A stretch of 64,000 nucleotides of DNA from NCBI GenBank assembly GCA_000165425.1, contig CT868430.1:62001-126000 (forward strand), written 5' to 3'. The position numbers and the translations under genes are program-made. Each line of letters opens with the position of its first letter. The first letter of the stretch is position 1. Shown piece by piece: positions 55,801 to 64,000 of the stretch. The notes under the pieces were generated by a model, which was given only the letters and a program-made list of their open reading frames with translations, searched no databases and was not told the origin of the DNA. Source of the DNA: Paramecium tetraurelia (taxonomy: Eukaryota).

Positions 55801-58800
55801 TAATGATAATAGTGAATGGGAAGTGTAACATAAATTAGCATTCAACATATTGCAAGTCTTCGAATTGGGAATAACCAACAAAGAAGTCAAAGAACTAATA
55901 ATCAAACACAATTTTCTGACTCATTTCTTGCTGTAATTATTCTTATCCCCTGTCCTTCAATGTCCCATTGATTGTAGTCTCTTGTCCAGTTTGATGTAGA
56001 TCAACCAAAACATTGAATTACCTACAACTCCCTCGAGAACCCAAGGCATCGATCCCATTGGATACAAAGTGTTCGAGACTAGTCACCCTTATGAACGATA
56101 GAAGGTGTAGACTTTTGAGGATACCTACTTCCCAGGTGCATTGGCCTTGGCTGTGGAATTTGATCCAAGATGCTCAAGTGATTAAGCCCATGATTTCTTA
56201 ACAATTAATTCTTGGTACTCTCCTCATAGTGGACCCTTTGGATAGTAATCAAAATTGAAGGATCCAATGGGAGTGTCATATAGAATTTCAGGTAAATTAA
56301 GTACTAAACGACCCATTCTGATGCTTGGCAATGTGATTCAAGCTGACTTCAGTCCAAGTGGATAAGTCAGAAATGAGCATTCACTTAATCGATGGGGATT
56401 CAAAATTACCATTCGTCCAGTGTATGGAGACACATATCATGTGAGCAATGTTTTACATATGGTAATTCTGGAGAACATTTAATCCTTATTGGGATTCAAT
56501 GAGAACAGAACAGCCAATGAAGAAAGCAATTAGCTTCTCTTGAAATGGAATATTCTGAAAAATGGGAGATCTGGATTCCAATTCGACAAACATCTTATTA
56601 AAGTCTTAGGGTAGTTGTCGATCTCTAGTATGTCTTATGATGATGCCACACTATTACATGAAAATGCAGGAGCCAATCCTCAACTCAAGAATAAATATCA
56701 ACAATTGAAAGGAGATCTCATTACCATTAATTACAAGGCGAGAGAAATCCAAAAAACAAATATCGACCTTCTCCAATTGTCTCAATAATAAAATAAGTAT
56801 CTTCAGTAGATCTTGGATAAGAAGGGAGAGTTCTATAAAGTTATTTCAGCCATTGTGAGCCAATTCACCGATTCATTTCAATACAGAACTGCAAAATAAA
56901 AGTCAGCCATGAAAGCACACATCGAGGAATTCAAATAAATCGAGATGCTCGTCATTTTAGTCACTTTATATCACAGTGGATTATTGGATGAAATCAATCT
57001 ATTGAATTTAGAACATCATATCGACATGTTGCAAGAGGCTAGAAACGATGTCATTAATTACATGCTCAAAGAAGTGGAAACTATGATTGAATACTAATAG
57101 AATTATGAGGGAATGTCATTGCAAGCCACAGAAATGATGGAATAATAGAAGTTGACACAAATCAATGAGAAAATCGAAAATACTCTTTGGGATATGCTCC
57201 AAAAGAGATTGGAAGGTAATAGCGAAATGATTTATAAAATATGCACCTAACAAAATTTAACAATAATTGAAAACAATCCCAATCTATCCTTAAGATAGAT
57301 CTTTAATAATATTTTGGCTAAAATCAGAGAATCAAAATTAGATCTAGTCAATCCATACTAACATATTGTGTAAGTTATCAAAAAGAGAATCTTGATCCTA
57401 TTCAACATCAGTAATGTATAATTGGTGGGTTAATAATAGATGATTTAAATTAAATCCTAGTAATCTATTGACTCTGGAAGCATTAAATAATTAAAACCAC
57501 TTGGAATCGAGAGATCACTATCTCATTAGATTGATGACAAGAACATTGACAGCTAGAAATTGTTGAAGTTCAGACAATGGCTAGATAGTTATTAAAAATG
57601 GAAAGTACTACATAATGTGAATTTAAATCAAATTTCTGCTGAATCTTTAGATATCCCTCCGGTGAAGTCTGTCATACTCTTTCTATAATAGAATGTCAAT
57701 GAATCACTAATCTAGGTTATGGACTTACATAATAGAAGATGCATAAGAAGAATTGCTTCTCTGAAATTTCTCAATGAATTCCAAGGTTAGAGTGGAGGCA
57801 TCTTATGTCAAGATGTCATGAACTATAAGATAGAGTTTGCCAGCTCGAACATCAAAGAAATACTCTTATAAGAAGTAGTCAAAAGATTAAATTATCTTAT
57901 GTAATCCATTAAAAATGATTATGCCACATATTTAAATTAAGCAATCACACAGCAAATCGATGGAACCTTGCTCGAATAATTAAAAGTCATCTGTATGACT
58001 CTATGTGAAATCAACCAATTATTTTAAGTAGACAATAACATCCTTTGGAAAAGCAGAGAACACGATTACAACCCTCATTTTAATCCGATATTCAAATAAT
58101 TCCTAAATAACATCATCATAACCGGATTATTAAGTTTGGCATTTGTAAATTTGGATCAACAGTATTAATCTGTTGCCCTATTGAGTTAAAATATTTTAAA
58201 CAATGTTAAGGAGACTTTGTACATAATAACCGATAATTTAATGACTGATGATATTCTTTAATAATTAATATAAATATTGTCATAAGAATTGGGAATAAAC
58301 TTACAGGGAGATGAAATTAATTGTAGATTACTGACCAAATTATACGATTTAATAGGAGTGAAGAGAGTAAATTTCTTACTGACAAATATCTTGGATTGTT
58401 TGATGATTCATTAAAATCAAGAAGTTCCTCCATCATTAGTGAAATTGATTTTCTACATCTTACACCATACTAATACTCCATCCACAATGAGATTAGCTAT
58501 TAGAATTTCAAAATACTTTAGTGGTATGAAACTTAATTAGATCAAGTACACTCCAAAATATCTGTGGATGTATTATGAGAATTGCAATTAGTAATAAATT
58601 AAGGTCTTATAGGAAAATAAGGAGTAATGTTTCAGTGAGGTCTTAATCGAAAGGGTAGGACATATGGTGTGTTAGGATGAGGTTACTGATAATTAAAATA
58701 TTAATACTCTGTTATAGAATGAATTGGTGAATGTGTAAAAAAAGATGATTACTTCATCAAACACCAGTTCTGATTAGAATAGTAGTCAATAGTATAGAGT

Positions 58801-61800
58801 GATATTACACTTGTGTTAGGAGGAAGAAATATCTATTTTATTGAAAATCCTCTATTGGTGGGAAGAGCAATTTCCAAGTTTGAAATTGAAGTTGCCTTAA
58901 ACCTATTAGGAATATCTAGAAATGAAGGAGAAGGAGAAAAAGAGAGAAGAACAGAAGACTCAATAATAGGAAGTAATTGCTTAATAAACAGAATTTCAAT
59001 CATAAAGACAACAATAACAATAGCAATATAAACTATTGGAGAGAGTCTTAATGACTTAGCCAGAAATCCAATAAAAGGATTATTTGCTGGGTTGGGGATT
59101 CAATTATAGCAATTTGTATAGTGATATGAAGAGTGGACCATCTGATAATAAAAAGCATTCATCTGGCAGAGTGAAGAAATAGATAAAGAAGTATTGGAGA
59201 CCTTTGAATTTCTAAGAATTGGAAAGATTGTATGAGGAATTATATAAATAAAATGAAGACATCAAATCATTTCCAGATGAACAAGCATTCTTGAGATAGA
59301 AAAACTTTATAACAAGAATACATTCCCATATTAAGGAGATAAAGAATTATGGAAGTTTATTAACAGTCTATGGATGCATCCCATTTAGTGAAATATTTAC
59401 TATTCAAAAGGCTTAAGTTTTAATAGAGCTTATTTAATCAGCATTGAATGGAACCTTGCCCAACATACCAATGAATGATTTATCTGAAGAATTCAAAAAC
59501 AAGGCTGATCCAAATAAGTACATTCTCTTAGGAGCAATCAAGGAAGTTGCACCTCCGAAGGGTAAATCATAACCACAAAAAGCACCTGCCCAAATTCAAC
59601 CATAACCGACAAGTGGTAAATCATAGATGACTGTTAGTGTTTGTGATGTCTACACTTTCTAGTCTTTTGAGTTTAGAATGGATTACATTACCTTGTTACC
59701 CTATGGGAATACGAGTGTCAATTTTTACAATGAAATAAATCGAAGTTCCTCCTTCACATAATAAATAGTAAATGGGCAAATCGTTGGCCAGTTGATTTAT
59801 GAACTTAGTCAATTATTGAGTCATTAACAGATAGACATTAATAGGGAGAACAAATATTACAAACTTGGATACACTACTATCCTATCATAACAATTGATTC
59901 AGATAGCTCCAGGAATCCCGGTTTAAATTAAGAAACACAAGTCATATGATAAATAATATGTTGTGTCTGGAGGAGACTATTGTGGATAGAAAGAATTGAG
60001 ATTACTATCTAATAATGATGATAAACTGAACTTGCAGGTTGTAAATTTAGATGAAATCGAACTAATACAATAAGAGATCCCTTAATTGATAACTCAAGAA
60101 CAGATACTAGATTTAATAGACAAAGAGAGTGATAAATTTATCTTGAGAAATCTCTTCATTATTGCAAGTAGGTTGGAATGGAAGGGATACAATGTAGAGA
60201 GAATTGTAAATAAAATATTAAATTTGGCCACTCTCTATTAAGGAGATAACAAATTTAACCAAGCATGGGAAAGATTAATTGATAGCAAATTGTCACCTAA
60301 TTATTTCTTCCCCATAGAAATCCCTAAGATCATAAAATTCTTATAATAACCATAGTAGGTTGAATAAGAAGATTACAAGATCGAACCTTTTGTGGAAAAC
60401 GTGGATAATACAATTATAGTTGGCAGCACTTACATGTAGTCATTGCCTGAGGCTTGCATAGTTTCAAATGAGTTGAAATTAGTTCAATATTGGGAGAAGA
60501 ACATATTACCTAAAATATATGATTATGTTAAAGGTTCTTTGAAACCATATGAGATAGAGGACTTCTTTGAATAAATTAGATAACAACTGAGAAAAGGAGA
60601 ACAAAACAAAGCCTTGGAAATAGCCTACATTGTATGTGATCAGAGAATGCCAAATGGTGTTATTATACCTGAGTCTAACCACGACTGGAGTACATTAACA
60701 ATTGAAGAAGTCCAAGCTGGACAATATGTTCTTTGTAGACTCATTGATAAAACATCAGAATAGTTATACTCAAAGGAATACTTACATTACAAGAAGTAAG
60801 GTCAAACCTTCATTTGTGGATAAATCATTGGCGTTGATTAAAGATCATCTTCCATATTTATTACACATATGGATATCAACAATTCACAACTCTATGCTAC
60901 TTGGTTCCCTGTCAGTGCACTCAAATAGGTTTAATTGTATATTCCTCCAAATGCTAATGCATATCAATAGGAGACAATCTTAAAAGAATACAATAGGGAA
61001 TTAGACTTAGAACTCAGCAAATAGGCCAGATAATTGTACATTTTGTTAAGTCAAACTATCAATGTCGACCCTATCATCTATTTGTAATTGGCTATGCAAT
61101 TTGAAGGTTCATGCATTAATGGCTGGCTTACTGAATAATTGATCGATGACAATACGAAGATAAATCAGAAATTAAATCAATTTTTGTAGAACCCTGAATT
61201 AATATTCGGTTGGTTGTCTAAGTCTTTTGAATAAATTCATCAATTTGTAAATAAAAACAAATTATTTTTGGATTTATTCAAATCTCATAAGAAACCTCTA
61301 GAACTCAATTCTGACTTAGACATTGCTGGTTTGGCTATCGTATTCAACAATGATGCAACTCTATGCACTTGTTCTGGCATAAATTTCTATAAAGATCGAT
61401 TGGGAATCAACGACTTTTATACGATCAGCAGTGGCAAAGAGACAAGAGGCAGACTATCTCCAATCATATTAAATTAAAAGAATGTTTATTGTGAGTATTA
61501 TTTCAATGGAGAAGCCTTGCCAATCTACCAATAGAAATAGTGCGTATCTCGGTTACCTTGTGTTGTCTATAAAATTCCTACTCTGTGGAATACAGTCTGC
61601 TATGTAATTGATTAGATGAGCACCATTTTCATTAAAAACAAAGATATTCCAAATATAAAGAGCATCAATAATCTATTGGAAAAAGTGTATGAACAACAAC
61701 CACATATTCTAAATCAATCTATAATAAAATTACTAATTAGGAATATTCGCAAATTGTAATCAATTTCTAATGAAACCTTGACTGATGATTTACTATCACA

Positions 61801-64000
61801 ATTAGTTAATGATGCTGTCAAAATCTATAATATACAAAAAGCAGAACCTAATGTCTTGTATTCATCCTATCTCCAAGATTTGACTGAACTCTTAGCTGTT
61901 GCCATCCCCAATAAGACTAAAATTTAGATCCCAGATTGGTTAAATGCCTATCGACACTTTATTTAGATTGCTGATTTCATAAAATGTGGAAAACCCTTGT
62001 ACAATGAATAGATTGAACAAATTAATGAAATGTTACAATCCAATCAATGGGATCAATTGATATACATGCAAGGATTGCCTTGTGATATCCAAGATGTATT
62101 ACAAGAGTAATTAGTCAGAATATTAAATCCTGCTGTTGACATATTTAGAAAGTAAAATCAAGCTATTGTTCTGATTGATGGATTTTAATAATTAAATTTG
62201 GAGAATGTTGAAATACAGTTGCCTCCTGAACCTGTCTAGGAAGCTGTAAAACTATGGCAATGTGAAATGTGCACTTTTGCTCATAATGTCTGGGATTCCA
62301 CCTAATGTGCTATATGTGAAAATCCAGCACCAGCCAACAAAGTTCCTTATAAAGAAAATGAAGATTAATCTTAACAATTAGAATAACAATCAGTTTAAGT
62401 CAACGTCGACGAAGAAGACGAAAAGGCTGACAAAAGAGAAAGGCAGTTCTTTGATGACCTAATAGAAAGGATTCAGGATAAGATTAAAAGATATTATACT
62501 GAAAGACAAAGTGAGAAGGAATAAAAAATGAAACAAATCAATCTAGCAATTGAAGCATAATAAAATCTATTAAAATAACTCAATAGATAATAAGAAAAGA
62601 AATAAAAATAGTAAGTATATAAATCTAAGTTACAATAACCTAAATAGCCATAAATACAATTGCAATAATAAAAAATACAAGAGTGCCAATAAAAATTGCA
62701 ATAACTCACATCTGAATTATAAGAATTATAGAATGCCAAACTTGAAAACACTTTCTAAATCTATTCTGGCAAATAAATCCTTGAAAAAGCTGCAACCTTC
62801 TTACAAGAATTCCTCTAAAACAGATTAGAATATTTCAGAGCATAAATCAATCCGAAGTATTTAGAAGAAATTGGTAGCATGGATGCAATAGAAAGCTGGA
62901 AATATTTGGAAAAATAGGGTTATGATCTCCATTATTAATTAGTACAAAATCCAAATAAAATTCAAATCTTACCCATTTAATAGATGAAACATCTCCTTAA
63001 ATTAATCGAATTCGAAATTTGCAAAGAAACCAAGGCTGTAAGAACTTACAATCCAAAAAGAATTAGGAATCTAATAGATGAATAAGCTATAAATTATCAA
63101 GATTTCATCAACTGTTTAACTAAATATTAAGATCTTGTTAATGCTCCAATATATGTTATTAGGTAGTCCTGGGCTATAATAAAACTCTTCAATCGATACT
63201 TAGAGACTTGCGGACAATTTATTAATATGGATGTTCCTATTGGTACATCATAAGAATTCTAATAACGCACAATCTTCCTATCTATGGGCGATTATATGCA
63301 GGTCTTAAGACAGCTTTGTATGACTCCTACAAAAGTGGATATAGTTTAGAGAGTTCTCAATAAAACAAGTATTAGCAGAGATTCTCCTCCCAAGATCAAT
63401 GTAGAACGTATTCGTTTGGCAAATCGTAATGGGAAAACAAATCAATAGGATTTCCTATTCACTATGGCCTATGAATAGATGAAAAATATACCTCCTACTC
63501 TGTTAAGACCTATAAAACCACAAGGAACTGATCCATTCTTAGCTTTCGAGGTCAATTTCAGGGGTGAGGATGTTTAGGGAGAGAGTGGACCGTATAGACA
63601 ATTTTTTGCCGATATTAGCAAGGAATTATAATCTTCATAATTGTTATTATATCCTTCAACCAACAATCAAGCGAAATTAGGAAACCATAAAGATAAATTT
63701 GTTCTAAATCCTAGTGCAAGATCCAATTTCTATTTACACTTGTATGAATTCCTGGGAATTTTGATGGCAATTGCAAATCAGAACTGCCACTCACTTCTCC
63801 TTGGATTTACCATCAATATTTTGGAAATAAATAGTAGGTGAGAAAATCACATTTGAAGACATTGAACAAATTGATGCAACCATGTGCAACTTAATTAATT
63901 TTATGTAGGAATGTCCTGAATCAACCTTTGAAGAGAATATTTTCGAAAATTGGGTTACTCTGAGAACTGATAAAAGTGTACAGGAATTAAAAGAAGTAAT
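52894..64000 (+). CDS. Giant HECT E3 ubiquitin ligase (HECTD4/HERC-like), 3' truncated by the window edge
   Basis: >3600 codons; YKVGTGECGTIAG, UBA (ALNLNKNDMQNAAQWL), CUB-like ETSHPY..FDPRC, RanBP2-type WQCEMCTF..CAIC, HECT FRGEDVQGESGPYRQFF; +1 break at ~63776. Confidence 0.9.

Overview
AT-rich, gene-dense ciliate macronuclear DNA, most likely Paramecium (inferred from the TAA/TAG=Gln code with TGA as the only stop, and from 21-30 nt GT..AG introns). The supplied ORF track treats TAA/TAG as stops, so it shows only fragments or spurious ORFs; I re-translated by hand with the ciliate code and all coordinates are manual reads. I find about 30 protein-coding genes, one tRNA-Lys(CTT) and one decayed kinase pseudogene. 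Recognisable genes include an Obg GTPase, CFAP43, an Air/ZCCHC7-like zinc-knuckle protein, an importin-alpha-like protein, a mitochondrial carrier, a RanBP9/10-like protein, two MORN proteins, a Rab1-like GTPase, an EF-hand protein, a CSN7-like protein, RPL39, RPL15, RPS11, a TRF4-like nucleotidyltransferase, a Ttd14-like NTPase, MCM3 and a giant HECT E3 ligase running off the right edge. No transposon, CRISPR, rRNA, telomere or obvious retained IES was seen. The most interesting observations are a tandem pair of highly diverged, uncharacterised secreted paralogs sharing an intron position; two convergent genes whose stops interlock in a TCATGA palindrome; a tRNA-Lys with an initiator-like A54/A60 T-loop; and four +1 frameshifts in otherwise intact conserved genes, probably assembly errors. 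I cannot claim a new biological system from sequence alone; the secreted pair is the best candidate.
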